From an uncultured Agathobaculum sp. (GTDB lineage: Bacteria; Bacillota; Clostridia; Oscillospirales; Butyricicoccaceae), in the NCBI RefSeq assembly GCF_934504345.1, contig NZ_CAKSVR010000006.1: DNA of 64,000 nt; one strand, 5' to 3'. Every line of letters starts with the position of its first letter. Positions within the stretch are counted from its first letter, which is position 1. The notes below the pieces were generated by a model. It searched no databases, had not been told where the DNA came from, and was given only the letters and a program-made list of their open reading frames with translations. Made by a program: the position numbers and the translations under genes. This document shows positions 1 through 9,551 of the stretch, piece by piece.

Positions 1-472
1 CGAGTGCGTTTGCCGGTGTCATCCACAGGCCGAGGGAAAACACGCCGAGCACCGCGCCGCCGCACACGAGCGCGAGCGGGATGCCGTACAGCACGAGCAG
101 CACGGCGAAGATGACCGCGATAACGGCGATAAAAACACCGAACACCGTCGCGAACGCGCCGACGAGCAGCGGCCCGCCGATGGGGATGGCCAGCAGCACG
201 AGCACGAGCAGCAGCCACGGATTGATACCGCGCCAGCGGCGTTTCTCCTTGATGGGCCGGATGGGCGGTACGGCGGTCAGCTCGCGGTAGTCCGCGAGGA
301 TCTGCGCGGCCACCTTGGCCGGCTCGCCCAGCTCCTCGATGGCCTTGGCCTCGTTCTCCGGGCCGGCATCGTCGAAATATTCTTCGTAGTAAGACAGGGC
401 ACTGGCGCGTTCCTCTTCCGGCAGAACCGAAAGCGCACGCCGCAGTGCGGCCAGATATTCTGCTCTGTTCAT
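1..472 (-). CDS. DUF1700/HAAS-type membrane protein, partial (C-terminus beyond window start)
   Basis: Minus frame reads MNRAEYLAALRRALSVLPEEERASALSYYEEYFDDAGPENE... followed by hydrophobic segments. ATG at 472 overlaps the padR stop (ATGA). Typical PadR-DUF1700 pair. Confidence 0.75.
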   Translation of the reverse strand, partial: MNRAEYLAALRRALSVLPEEERASALSYYEEYFDDAGPENEAKAIEELGEPAKVAAQILADYRELTAVPPIRPIKEKRRWRGINPWLLLVLVLLAIPIGGPLLVGAFATVFGVFIAVIAVIFAVLLVLYGIPLALVCGGAVLGVFSLGLWMTPANAL

Positions 473-786
473 TGGTTCACCCCTCCAAAAAAGATCGTGT
501 CGATCCCGCTGCGGTAGTTCTGCCAGTCGATGCGGTGCTGCCGCAGTGCCGCCCGTCCGTGGTCGGTTATCTGGTAATAGCGGCGGTTGCGGCCTGCGTA
601 GGCCTGATCGTAGGTGGTCAGGCAGCCGTCCTTCATCAGCCTTCGCAGCACCGGATACAGCGTGGATTCGGAAATATCCAGCACTTTTTGTACGTCCTGC
701 GTGATGCGGTAGCCGTAGGTGCTCTCGCGTTCGACCACGGCCAGCACGATGCCGTCCAGCAGGGAGGACGAGATGGGATAGGACAT
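469..786 (-). CDS. PadR family transcriptional regulator
   Basis: 105 aa; the winged-helix signature YGYRI...STLYPVLRRLMKDG is typical of PadR. Confidence 0.9.
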   Translation of the reverse strand: MSYPISSSLLDGIVLAVVERESTYGYRITQDVQKVLDISESTLYPVLRRLMKDGCLTTYDQAYAGRNRRYYQITDHGRAALRQHRIDWQNYRSGIDTIFFGGVNQ

Positions 787-816
787 GATGCAGCCTCCTC
801 TCCTGTGTTTGTAATA

Positions 817-837
817 ATATTATATGGCATATAATAT
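817..837. promoter_or_regulatory. Perfect 9-bp inverted repeat ATATTATAT-GGC-ATATAATAT, candidate PadR operator
   Basis: The palindrome lies about 30 nt upstream of the padR start in the padR/ddl divergent intergenic region. Confidence 0.4.
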
Positions 838-922
838 AGTCCGTCAACAGGTATATCAAAAATAACTGTGAAGCATTTGTAAATTTTGTGGGATCAGTGC
901 GGGGAAAACGCCGTTTTCGCAT

Positions 923-950
923 TGTATTCACCGGAAAGATAGCGTATAAT
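923..950 (+). promoter_or_regulatory. Candidate sigma-A promoter of the ddl operon (TTGTAT-16-TATAAT)
   Basis: Hexamers at 923-928 and 945-950, about 55 nt upstream of the ddl ATG. Confidence 0.4.
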
Positions 951-1004
951 GGTATCCGTATAAGTATGAGTAAAGGAATCGAACGAAAGGGCGAATCTGA
1001 TAAA

Positions 1005-2075
1005 ATGAAACTGGCTGTATTGTTCGGCGGTATTTCCAGTGAGCACGATATTTCGTGCCTGTCCGCCGCCTCTATTCTCAGAAACCTGAATCGAGATAAA
1101 TATGAAGTATATCCGATCGGCATTACGCGCGAGGGCGAGTGGTTCTACTGTCCGGACTGTGATGCGGATCACGTAGAGTCCGGCGCGTGGGAGCGCATGA
1201 ACACCAAGGTCAAGGCCGTGCTCTCTCCGGACCGCGGCCTGCACGGCATGGTGCTGCTGCGCGAGGGCGAAACCGAGGCAATCCGTCTGGACTGCGTGTT
1301 CCCGGTGCTGCACGGTGTCGGCGGCGAGGACGGCACGATGCAGGGCCTGCTGGAGCTTGCGGGCATCCCGTATGTCGGCTGCGGCGTGGCGGCAAGCGCC
1401 AACACGATGGACAAGGCCCTGACGAAAAAGGTCGTTGAGGGCACGGGCGTGCGGCAGGCACGCTACTATCTGGCGCTGCGCTACGACTTTGAGCGCGATG
1501 CCGAGGGCGTTGTCCGCGCGGCGGCGGAGCAGCTGGGTTCGTTCCCGGTGTTCGTCAAGCCGTGCTCGCAGGGCTCGTCCGTGGGCGTTGCCAAGGCGAA
1601 CAACGTGCTCGAGCTGGCCGCGGGTCTGACCGAGGCGTTCCAGCTGGACAGCAAGGTGCTGGTCGAGGAGTTCATCGACGGCCACGAGGTCGAGTGCGCT
1701 GTGCTCGGCAATCTTGAGCCGCAGGCTTCCACGGTCGGCGAGATCGCACCGACACAGGAGTTCTACACCTTTGATGCCAAGTACAAGGACGAGAGCTCCC
1801 GTCTGTACATCCCGGCGCACATCACCGACGAGCAGCTCCAGACCGTTCGGCAGGATGCCATCCGCGTTTACACCGCGCTGGGCTGCCGCGGCCTGTCCCG
1901 CGTGGACTTTTTCGTCACCCACGACAGCGGCGAAGTCGTATTCAACGAGCTGAACTCCATCCCGGGCTTTACATCCATCAGTATGTACCCGAAGCTGTTC
2001 GATTACGAGGGCATCGGCTATTCCGAGCTGCTCGATCGGCTGATCTCTCTGGCACTGGAGGAGCATCATGGATAA
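1005..2075 (+). CDS. ddl: D-alanine--D-alanine ligase
   Basis: MKLAVLFGGISSEHDIS... ATP-grasp Ddl family. The internal ATG at 1005 is preferred over the ORF-track start at 888 because the family N-terminus begins there. Confidence 0.95.
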   Translation: MKLAVLFGGISSEHDISCLSAASILRNLNRDKYEVYPIGITREGEWFYCPDCDADHVESGAWERMNTKVKAVLSPDRGLHGMVLLREGETEAIRLDCVFPVLHGVGGEDGTMQGLLELAGIPYVGCGVAASANTMDKALTKKVVEGTGVRQARYYLALRYDFERDAEGVVRAAAEQLGSFPVFVKPCSQGSSVGVAKANNVLELAAGLTEAFQLDSKVLVEEFIDGHEVECAVLGNLEPQASTVGEIAPTQEFYTFDAKYKDESSRLYIPAHITDEQLQTVRQDAIRVYTALGCRGLSRVDFFVTHDSGEVVFNELNSIPGFTSISMYPKLFDYEGIGYSELLDRLISLALEEHHG

Positions 2076-2865
2076 GCGCGCCATCGGCGTATTTGACTCC
2101 GGTTTGGGCGGTCTGACCGCCGTGCGCCGTCTGCACGCCCTGATGCCGCAGGAGAATATCATTTATTTCGGCGATACCGGCCGAGTGCCCTACGGCAACC
2201 GCGGCCGCGACATCATTACCAAGTATGCCCGGCAGGATGTGGCGTTTCTGCGCCAGTTCGACCTGAAATCCATCATCATCGCGTGCAACACCGTGTCCGC
2301 CATCGCGCTGGATGTGCTCTCGCGTGAGAATGACATCCCGATCATCGGTACGGTCGAGCCAGCCTGCCGCCGCGCCATGACGATGACGAAAAACGGAAAA
2401 GTCGGCGTGATCGGCACCGCCGCGACCATCCGTTCGGGCGCTTACGAGAAATATCTGCACAAAAAGGACGGCACGCTCGACCTGTTCACGCAGGCGTGCC
2501 CGCTGTTTGTGCCGCTGGTCGAGAACGGCCGCGTGCATCGCGGCGATATTGTCATCGAAACCGTGGTAAAGGAGTACCTTACGCCGCTGAAAGAGGCGGG
2601 CGTGGATACGCTCATCCTCGGCTGCACGCATTATCCGCTGCTCGAGGAGGTCATCGGAGCCTTTATGGGCCCGGAGGTGACGCTCATCGACTCGGGCGCG
2701 GAGGCGGCAAACCTCGCCTCGACCCAGTTCGACCCGAACGAGGGACAGGGCACCACGCAGTATTTCGTTTCCGACGATCCACAAGGCTTCGACCAGCTCG
2801 CCGAGCTGTTTTTGCAGGAGAACGTTGATGTGGGCGCGGATCTGGTGGATATTTCCCGCTATTAA
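2068..2865 (+). CDS. murI: Glutamate racemase
   Basis: Motifs GVFDSGLGGLT, ACNTVSA and GCTHYPLL. Overlaps the ddl stop by 8 nt. Confidence 0.95.
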   Translation: MDKRAIGVFDSGLGGLTAVRRLHALMPQENIIYFGDTGRVPYGNRGRDIITKYARQDVAFLRQFDLKSIIIACNTVSAIALDVLSRENDIPIIGTVEPACRRAMTMTKNGKVGVIGTAATIRSGAYEKYLHKKDGTLDLFTQACPLFVPLVENGRVHRGDIVIETVVKEYLTPLKEAGVDTLILGCTHYPLLEEVIGAFMGPEVTLIDSGAEAANLASTQFDPNEGQGTTQYFVSDDPQGFDQLAELFLQENVDVGADLVDISRY

Positions 2866-2880
2866 GGAGCATAGAGATAT

Positions 2881-3324
2881 ATGAAGAAGGACGTTTGGCT
2901 GACGATCTCCTCGCAGCAGCAGTTTGCGGGCTGTGATGAGGAGAACATCAACCTGCAAACCGCTGCCACGCTGTACGAGCGCGGCGGAAAATACTACATC
3001 GCCTACGAGGAGAGCGAGCTGACCGGCCTCGAGGGCACCAAGACCACCGTCAAGCTGGACGGCAAGAGCGTTGCGCTCATCCGCACGGGCACGTTCCCCT
3101 CGCATATGCTGTTTTCGGAGGACGAACGCCATGTCGGCCTGTACCAGACACCGGTCGGCAGCGAAATGACCATCGCCACCCATACCTCGCGGGTACACAA
3201 CACCATCGGCGAGGACGGCGGCCACCTGATCATCGATTACACGGTCGAGGTGGATAATTCGCTCATGGGCGAGCACCATTTTGAGATGACGGTATCGACC
3301 AAACCGAATATTCAGGTCGTATAA
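2881..3324 (+). CDS. DUF1934 domain protein
   Basis: 147-aa protein immediately upstream of argS, the conserved Firmicutes position of DUF1934. Confidence 0.65.
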   Translation: MKKDVWLTISSQQQFAGCDEENINLQTAATLYERGGKYYIAYEESELTGLEGTKTTVKLDGKSVALIRTGTFPSHMLFSEDERHVGLYQTPVGSEMTIATHTSRVHNTIGEDGGHLIIDYTVEVDNSLMGEHHFEMTVSTKPNIQVV

Positions 3325-3363
3325 GATAGTGAAATAAGAGATTTTGATTATAGGAGTGTACAA

Positions 3364-5061
3364 ATGAACGCATATGAGATCGCACGCGCCGAAGCAACCC
3401 GCGTTGTTGAGGCGGCGTACCGCAAGGCCGTTGCCGCAGGCGAGCTGCCCGAAGGCACCATTCCTCCCGTTGCCGTAGAAACCCCGAAGGATGCCTCCAA
3501 CGGCGACTGGGCTTCCACCTTTGCCATGCAGTGTGCAAAGCCGCTGCACATGGCGCCGCGCAAGATCGCAGAGAGCATCGTGGCCAACCTCGACCTCGAG
3601 GGCAGCTGCTTTGATACCGTGACCATCGCGGGCCCGGGCTTTATGAACTTCACCCTGAATCAGGGCTGGTACGAGCAGGCGGTACGCGGCGTGTTCGCCA
3701 TGGGCGAGAATTACGGCCGCACCGAGAGCAAAAAGCCGGAAAAGGTGATGGTAGAGTTCGTTTCCGCCAATCCGACCGGCCCGATGCACATGGGCAACGC
3801 GCGCGGCGGCGTTCTGGGCGACTGCCTTTCCTCCGTGCTGGACTGGTCCGGCAACGATGTTACCCGTGAGTTCTATATCAACGATGCGGGCAATCAGGTA
3901 GACAAGTTCGCGCACTCTGTCGAGGGCCGCTACATTCAGGAGATCCGCGGCGAGGATGCTATCGAGTTTGATGCTTCGTGGTATCAGGGCGACGACATTA
4001 AGGCGCTGGCGCACGATCTGGTCGAGAAGTACGGCGACAGTCTGCTCGAAAAGACCGCCGAGGAGCGTTTCGCCATCATCGAGGGCTACGGTCTGCCGAC
4101 CAACATTGCCCGCATGGAGCGCGACCTCAAGCGCTACAAGATCGATTATGACGTATGGTTCCGCGAGTCCACCCTGCATGAGAGCGGCTATGTCAAGGAA
4201 ACCATCGATATGCTGACCGCCAAGGGCGCGACCTACGAAACCGAGGACGGCGCACTGTGGCTGCGCTCGACCGATTTCGGCTGCGACAAGGACGACGTTC
4301 TGCGCCGCGCAAACGGCTTTTACACCTACTTTGCGGCGGATATTGCCTACCATCGCAACAAATTCGAGAAGCGCGGCTTTGACCGTGTCATCAATATCTG
4401 GGGCGCGGACCATCACGGCCATGTAAAGCGCTTGCAGTGCGCGCTGGATGCGCTCGGTCTGGACGGCTCGCATCGTCTGGAGATCGTGTTGATGCAGCTC
4501 GTCCGCATGATGCAGGGCGGCGAGGTCGTTCGTATGTCCAAGCGCACCGGCAAGAGCCTGACCCTGACCGACCTGCTCGACGAGATCCCGGTCGATGCAG
4601 CGCGTTTCTTCTTCAACAGCCGCGCAGCGGAAACCCAGATGGAGTTCGACCTCGACCTTGCCATCAAGCAGGATTCCGACAACCCGCTGTATTACGTTCA
4701 GTACGCGCACGCGCGTATCTGCTCCGTGCTGCGGAACGCACAGGAGAGCGGCATCGCGCTGCCGGATACCGACAGGACCGACCTGTCCGTGCTGACCGGC
4801 GCAGACGAGCGTCAGCTCGTCAAGCAGATCGCGCTGCTGCCCGAGGAGATCGTGCAGGCTGCTGTCAGCCGCGACCCGTCGCGCCTTGACAAGTACGCCG
4901 TTGCACTGGCGCAGCAGTTCCACCACTTCTACAACGCCTGCCGCATCAAGGATGCCGAGCCGGCGGTCCGCGATGCCCGTCTTGCCCTGTGTCTGGCGGC
5001 AAAGCAGACCATCGAGAACGTGCTGAAGCTCATCGGCGTAGAAGCACCGGAGTCTATGTAA
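3364..5061 (+). CDS. argS: Arginine--tRNA ligase
   Basis: 565 aa with a class I HIGH-like motif (PTGPMHMGNARG) and a KMSK-like motif (RMSKRTGK). Confidence 0.97.
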   Translation: MNAYEIARAEATRVVEAAYRKAVAAGELPEGTIPPVAVETPKDASNGDWASTFAMQCAKPLHMAPRKIAESIVANLDLEGSCFDTVTIAGPGFMNFTLNQGWYEQAVRGVFAMGENYGRTESKKPEKVMVEFVSANPTGPMHMGNARGGVLGDCLSSVLDWSGNDVTREFYINDAGNQVDKFAHSVEGRYIQEIRGEDAIEFDASWYQGDDIKALAHDLVEKYGDSLLEKTAEERFAIIEGYGLPTNIARMERDLKRYKIDYDVWFRESTLHESGYVKETIDMLTAKGATYETEDGALWLRSTDFGCDKDDVLRRANGFYTYFAADIAYHRNKFEKRGFDRVINIWGADHHGHVKRLQCALDALGLDGSHRLEIVLMQLVRMMQGGEVVRMSKRTGKSLTLTDLLDEIPVDAARFFFNSRAAETQMEFDLDLAIKQDSDNPLYYVQYAHARICSVLRNAQESGIALPDTDRTDLSVLTGADERQLVKQIALLPEEIVQAAVSRDPSRLDKYAVALAQQFHHFYNACRIKDAEPAVRDARLALCLAAKQTIENVLKLIGVEAPESM

Positions 5062-5108
5062 CGCATTTTGCATCGAACCGCGCACCCTGCACGGAGGAGA
5101 GCCTCTGA

Positions 5109-6590
5109 ATGAAAAAATTAGCCAAAAGATTAGCGGCGCTGGCGATGACGGCGGCAATGATGACCGCCTCCGCCGGTGCGGTCACGCAGGACGGACAGAG
5201 CGAAACGTGGTTTGACGGTGTCTGGTCGCTCATCGATGCGTTCAGCATCAAGACCGAGCACGACCCTTACGTTCTGCAAAACTATATCAACAAATATCTG
5301 GAGAAGCATCCGGACGAGATATACGAGGTGCTCAATGACATCCTCTCCATGCTGGATACGCATTCCATGTACCTGTCCAGCGAGGAATACTCGCAGGGCT
5401 TCTCGACCTTAGAGGGCTTTGTCGGCATCGGTGTCGGCCTGACCGAAACCGAAAACGGTGTACAGATCGGTGAGGTGCTCAAATATTCCGCCGCCGAGGA
5501 GGCCGGATTGCAGATCGGCGACCTTATCGTCAAGATCGGCAAAGAGGATGCGACCAAGATGAACAACACCGAGGTCGCAGAGCGCTTGCGCGGCGAGGAG
5601 GGCACCTCGGTAACGCTGACCGTGCGCCGCTATGGCCGCGACATCACGGTCACCTGTGAGCGCCGTCAGGTCAACCGCGTATACGTTTCCAACAAGACCA
5701 TGGCGGATGGCGTGGAGTACATCAAGATCAGCGCTATCGGCTCGCAGAACGACTGGTCGGCGTTTTCCGAGATCTGGGACAGCCTGCCCGCAAAGAACAC
5801 CCGTGCGGTCATTCTCGATCTGCGCGGCAACGGCGGCGGCCTGATCGATGCGGCGCTCAAAATGGCGAACGCCATGACGCCCAAAGCCGATGCGGCGCTC
5901 GCCGGCGTGCGCTATCGCGATGATATGGGCGGTCTGGAGGAGAGCTATTCGACCGGCGGACTGCCGCTCAACAAGGTTGTCGTGCTGGTGGACGGCGGAA
6001 CGGCCTCTGCGGCTGAGCTGCTGGCCGGCAGCCTGCAGGACAACGGCGTGGCGACTCTGATCGGCAGCAAGACCTACGGCAAGGGTCAGGGTCAGTTCCA
6101 CATCGACCTTGTAAACGGCGACAAGCTGGTCATCACGACCTTAGAGCTCGAGCTGCCCAAGCAGGGCTGCTGGGAGGGTGTCGGCCTGACACCGGACATC
6201 CAGCTCGAGAACCGCAAAGTCACCGTCAACGCCGCAAGCCTCAAGCCGCTGGATACGAGCACGACTTTGCGCTTCGGCGACACCTCGGAGGCCGTTTACG
6301 CCATGACGGAACGGCTGGCGCTGCTCGGTCTTATCAGCGAGGCGACGAACACCTTTGACGGCGATGTGATGGATGCTGTCGCATCGTTCCGTTCGGCGTA
6401 TGAGCTGCCCGCCGCGCTGTACGCTTCGCCGGATATGCTGAATGCACTCGACGAGGCCATCACCACGCTGAACGGCCAGACGTATCTGCTGGATGAGCAG
6501 CTCCAAACTGCACTCGAGATGTGCAAAATGGCGGCCGCAAAGCCGCAGCAGTACACCGTGCAGTCCGACGGCAGCTGGAAAGCAAAATAA
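5109..6590 (+). CDS. S41 family C-terminal processing peptidase with PDZ and C-terminal peptidoglycan-binding-like domain
   Basis: Signal peptide, a PDZ segment (GDLIVKIG), the S41 core (DLRGNGGG, ASAAE, GSKTYGKG) and a PG_binding-like tail. Confidence 0.9.
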   Translation: MKKLAKRLAALAMTAAMMTASAGAVTQDGQSETWFDGVWSLIDAFSIKTEHDPYVLQNYINKYLEKHPDEIYEVLNDILSMLDTHSMYLSSEEYSQGFSTLEGFVGIGVGLTETENGVQIGEVLKYSAAEEAGLQIGDLIVKIGKEDATKMNNTEVAERLRGEEGTSVTLTVRRYGRDITVTCERRQVNRVYVSNKTMADGVEYIKISAIGSQNDWSAFSEIWDSLPAKNTRAVILDLRGNGGGLIDAALKMANAMTPKADAALAGVRYRDDMGGLEESYSTGGLPLNKVVVLVDGGTASAAELLAGSLQDNGVATLIGSKTYGKGQGQFHIDLVNGDKLVITTLELELPKQGCWEGVGLTPDIQLENRKVTVNAASLKPLDTSTTLRFGDTSEAVYAMTERLALLGLISEATNTFDGDVMDAVASFRSAYELPAALYASPDMLNALDEAITTLNGQTYLLDEQLQTALEMCKMAAAKPQQYTVQSDGSWKAK

Positions 6591-6639
6591 TCAACCAAAA
6601 TCACACAATATGATCATCTTCTTGGGAGGAAGAACGACC

Positions 6640-7668
6640 TTGGATATTCCTTTATGTCAGTCCGAGCATAAACCGCAGCTTTTGCTGAACGATCCGGCGG
6701 CGCTGCCGCTGTATCACCGCGCACCCGATCATTTCGCAGGCGCACTCGCGCCGGATGCCGCCGCCTGTGACGCATGGGCGGAGGAGCTTTCACCGCTGCC
6801 GGTGGGTCTGGCGCTGGACTGCCCGCCCGAACCGGATGCGGAGCACTGCGACCGGCCCATCACCATGCACTACATCGAGCAGTGCAAGGAGGCGTTCCGT
6901 CCGCAGCTGCACGAGGATGCCGCGTTCTATTATCTGCGTAAGGCGCCGACCTTTCCGGCGCTGCGCGCCGCTGTGCTCGCACTGGGCGACCTGTGCGGCC
7001 GCACGGTCATCGCAGAGCTGAATGTGGGGGATGATGAGGGCCGTTTGCACGACGGCACGGACGTTCGCGCCGCTATCGGCGTATTGCAGCGCATCGGCGT
7101 TACGACGGTGCTGCTCACCGCCCACGACCCGGAATCGCTGACACAGGCGCTCGAGATCGCCGCGCCCTATGCACGGCTGTCGCTCGGCGTGTGCATGAAT
7201 GCGGACTGGGTGCCGCAGACCACACTGTTCAACACCGAAGTCATCATGCCGGACGACACGGCGGCTTTCGTGCAGGCGATGGACAACGGTCTGCACTGCG
7301 AAACGCTGCCGCGTGACCACGACGACTTTATCTGCGCGCCGGACGGCACGCACGCGCACTTTATCGACCCGACCATCGACATTTCGGACGAGATCGAGTG
7401 CGGCCCGCATCTGGACGAGGACCTCATCGAGGCCGAGGACGATTCCGGCGCGTTCAAGCTGCTGCTGGAAACCGAGGACGACATTATCACGCTGGAGGAA
7501 TCCCGCTATATGATCTCGCGCCCGCTGTGCCTGTGCGCGGAGTCCGCCGACCTGCTCGAGCAGGGACTGCGGGTATTTCCGGGCCTTGCGCTCTATGACG
7601 GAACGTGGGAGCAGGAGGAGGCAGTCATCTCCTATTTCGAAACGAAATACGGCATGATACGACTGTAA
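6640..7668 (+). CDS. Hypothetical acidic protein (start uncertain: TTG 6640 with GGAGGA RBS, or ATG 6610)
   Basis: Long ORF in the coding frame between ctp and prmA. I recognise no motif. Confidence 0.5.
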   Translation: MDIPLCQSEHKPQLLLNDPAALPLYHRAPDHFAGALAPDAAACDAWAEELSPLPVGLALDCPPEPDAEHCDRPITMHYIEQCKEAFRPQLHEDAAFYYLRKAPTFPALRAAVLALGDLCGRTVIAELNVGDDEGRLHDGTDVRAAIGVLQRIGVTTVLLTAHDPESLTQALEIAAPYARLSLGVCMNADWVPQTTLFNTEVIMPDDTAAFVQAMDNGLHCETLPRDHDDFICAPDGTHAHFIDPTIDISDEIECGPHLDEDLIEAEDDSGAFKLLLETEDDIITLEESRYMISRPLCLCAESADLLEQGLRVFPGLALYDGTWEQEEAVISYFETKYGMIRL

Positions 7669-7725
7669 ATATCAGCGCTGGCCGTTCGTGTCAGCGGAAC
7701 ATTATAGAGAGGCAGGGTAGAACCT

Positions 7726-8688
7726 ATGGACTGGAGAGAAGTTACCATTTATACCACGACCGAGGGCATCGGGCCGGTGGAGGCGCTGCTGGAGGACAAC
7801 GGCGTTGAGGGCTATGTGCTCGAGGATGCGGCGGATTTTGAGGAATTTCTCAAGGACACCGAAATTTACTGGGATTATGTAGACGAGGATCTCGTGCGCG
7901 AGAAGCGCGCACAGGAAACCTGTCTGAAGATTTATCTGCCGGACAGCGAGGAAGGCGCAAAGCAGTACGCCGACATCCGCGCGGCGCTCGAAAACCTCAA
8001 AGCCCGCGACGAGGAGCACGCATGGGGCCGTCTGTGCACGGAAACCGCGCTGACCCGTCAGGAGGACTGGGAATGGGGCTGGAAGCAGTATTTCAAGCCG
8101 TTCCCCGTAGGCAAGGGCTTTATGATCAAGCCCTCGTGGGAAACGGTTGAGGATCCGCAGGGCCGCCGCATTCTGGAGATCGATCCGGCCTCCTCGTTCG
8201 GCACCGGCAGCCACGACACCACGCAGCTGTGCATGATGGCGCTCGAGGATGCGGTAAAGCCGGGCGACAAGCTGCTCGATATGGGAACGGGCTCGGGTAT
8301 CCTTGCTATCGCGGCGGCGATGCTGGGCGCGGATGTGCAGACCATCGTCGATATTGACGAGAACTGCCTGAAGACCGCGCACGAAAATGCGGAAAAGAAC
8401 CATGTTGTCATCGGCAAGGGCCTGTGCGGCGATGCGCTGCGCGACCCGAAGCTCGCGGAGGACATTGGCGGCGGCTATGACATCATCGTGGCGAACATCG
8501 TGGCTGATGTCATCATCGGCATGGCGCCCATGTTCGCGGAAAAGCTGAGAGAGGGCGGCAAGCTCATCTGCTCGGGCATCCTCAACGAGCGCGCTGAGGA
8601 AGTACGCGCAGCACTGGAGAAAAACGGTTTTACCGTTCTTTCGCACGAAAAGAGTGACGACTGGAGCGCATTTGCCGCGAAAAAGTGA
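7726..8688 (+). CDS. prmA: Ribosomal protein L11 methyltransferase
   Basis: PrmA family; SAM motif LDMGTGSGILAI. Confidence 0.93.
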   Translation: MDWREVTIYTTTEGIGPVEALLEDNGVEGYVLEDAADFEEFLKDTEIYWDYVDEDLVREKRAQETCLKIYLPDSEEGAKQYADIRAALENLKARDEEHAWGRLCTETALTRQEDWEWGWKQYFKPFPVGKGFMIKPSWETVEDPQGRRILEIDPASSFGTGSHDTTQLCMMALEDAVKPGDKLLDMGTGSGILAIAAAMLGADVQTIVDIDENCLKTAHENAEKNHVVIGKGLCGDALRDPKLAEDIGGGYDIIVANIVADVIIGMAPMFAEKLREGGKLICSGILNERAEEVRAALEKNGFTVLSHEKSDDWSAFAAKK

Positions 8689-8780
8689 TGCCGCCGGGAA
8701 TACGGTGAAAGGTTTCACGGAATGTTCACTTGCCAAACGGCTGTTTTTTTGCTAAAATAAGAAAGGTTATCGGATTTATT

Positions 8781-9506
8781 ATGCCTCGATTTTTTATCGA
8801 TCAGCAGCCGGAGGACGGCGTGCTGACGCTTACCGGTGAAAATGCACACCATGCAGGGCGCGTGCTGCGCCTGCGCCCGGGCGAAGCCGTAACGCTGTGC
8901 GACGGCGCGGGTACCGACTTCGACTGCACGGTCGAAACCGTGGAAAAGGATGCGGTGGTGTGCCGCGTTCTCACCAGCCACGCGGCGGAAACCGAGCCGA
9001 AACAGAGTATCACGCTGTTTATGGCGCTGCCCAAGGGCGATAAGATGGAGTTCATCGTGCAGAAGGCGGTGGAGCTGGGTGTCAGCCGCATCGTGCCGTA
9101 TCTGTCCAAGAACTGCGTTTCCCGGCCGGATAAGACCGACAAAAAGGTGGAGCGCTGGCGCAAGATCGCCTCGGAGGCCGCCAAGCAGTGCGGCAGAGGC
9201 CGTCTGCCCGAGGTAACGGCGGTCGTTCCCGTTCAGCAGGCCATCGAGCAGGCGGCGGAGAACGAAACGGCGCTGTTTTTCTACGAAAACGAGAAAAAGA
9301 CCGGTCTGCACGATGCGCTTTCGAGCGGTGTCGGCAGCACGGTGTCGCTTATGGTCGGGCCGGAGGGCGGCTTCGATCCGGCGGAGGCAGAGGCCGCTGT
9401 GAATGCGGGCCTGCGGAGCGTTTCGCTCGGCACGCGCATCCTGCGGTGTGAAACCGCGCCGATTGCGGCGCTGGCGGCCGTGCTCTATGCCGGCGGCAAT
9501 ATGTAA
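8781..9506 (+). CDS. rsmE: 16S rRNA (uracil1498-N3)-methyltransferase
   Basis: MPRFFIDQ... RsmE N-terminus and GPEGGF motif. The internal ATG at 8781 is preferred. prmA-rsmE synteny is conserved. Confidence 0.9.
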   Translation: MPRFFIDQQPEDGVLTLTGENAHHAGRVLRLRPGEAVTLCDGAGTDFDCTVETVEKDAVVCRVLTSHAAETEPKQSITLFMALPKGDKMEFIVQKAVELGVSRIVPYLSKNCVSRPDKTDKKVERWRKIASEAAKQCGRGRLPEVTAVVPVQQAIEQAAENETALFFYENEKKTGLHDALSSGVGSTVSLMVGPEGGFDPAEAEAAVNAGLRSVSLGTRILRCETAPIAALAAVLYAGGNM

Positions 9507-9551
9507 AGGCACTGCGACAGTGCAAGGAAGAAATAAAGGGAGTGTTAAACA

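Noticed and set aside
3325-3363. T-box leader upstream of argS
   Set aside because: Only 39 nt separate DUF1934 from argS, and 15 nt separate murI from DUF1934. There is no room for a roughly 200-nt T-box. argS appears co-transcribed with ddl-murI.
1978-5157. 1059-aa ORF on the minus strand spanning murI, DUF1934 and argS
   Set aside because: Shadow ORF typical of GC-rich DNA. The opposite strand encodes three proteins with clear family signatures. The antisense product is low-complexity (R/A/G/L-rich) with no motif.
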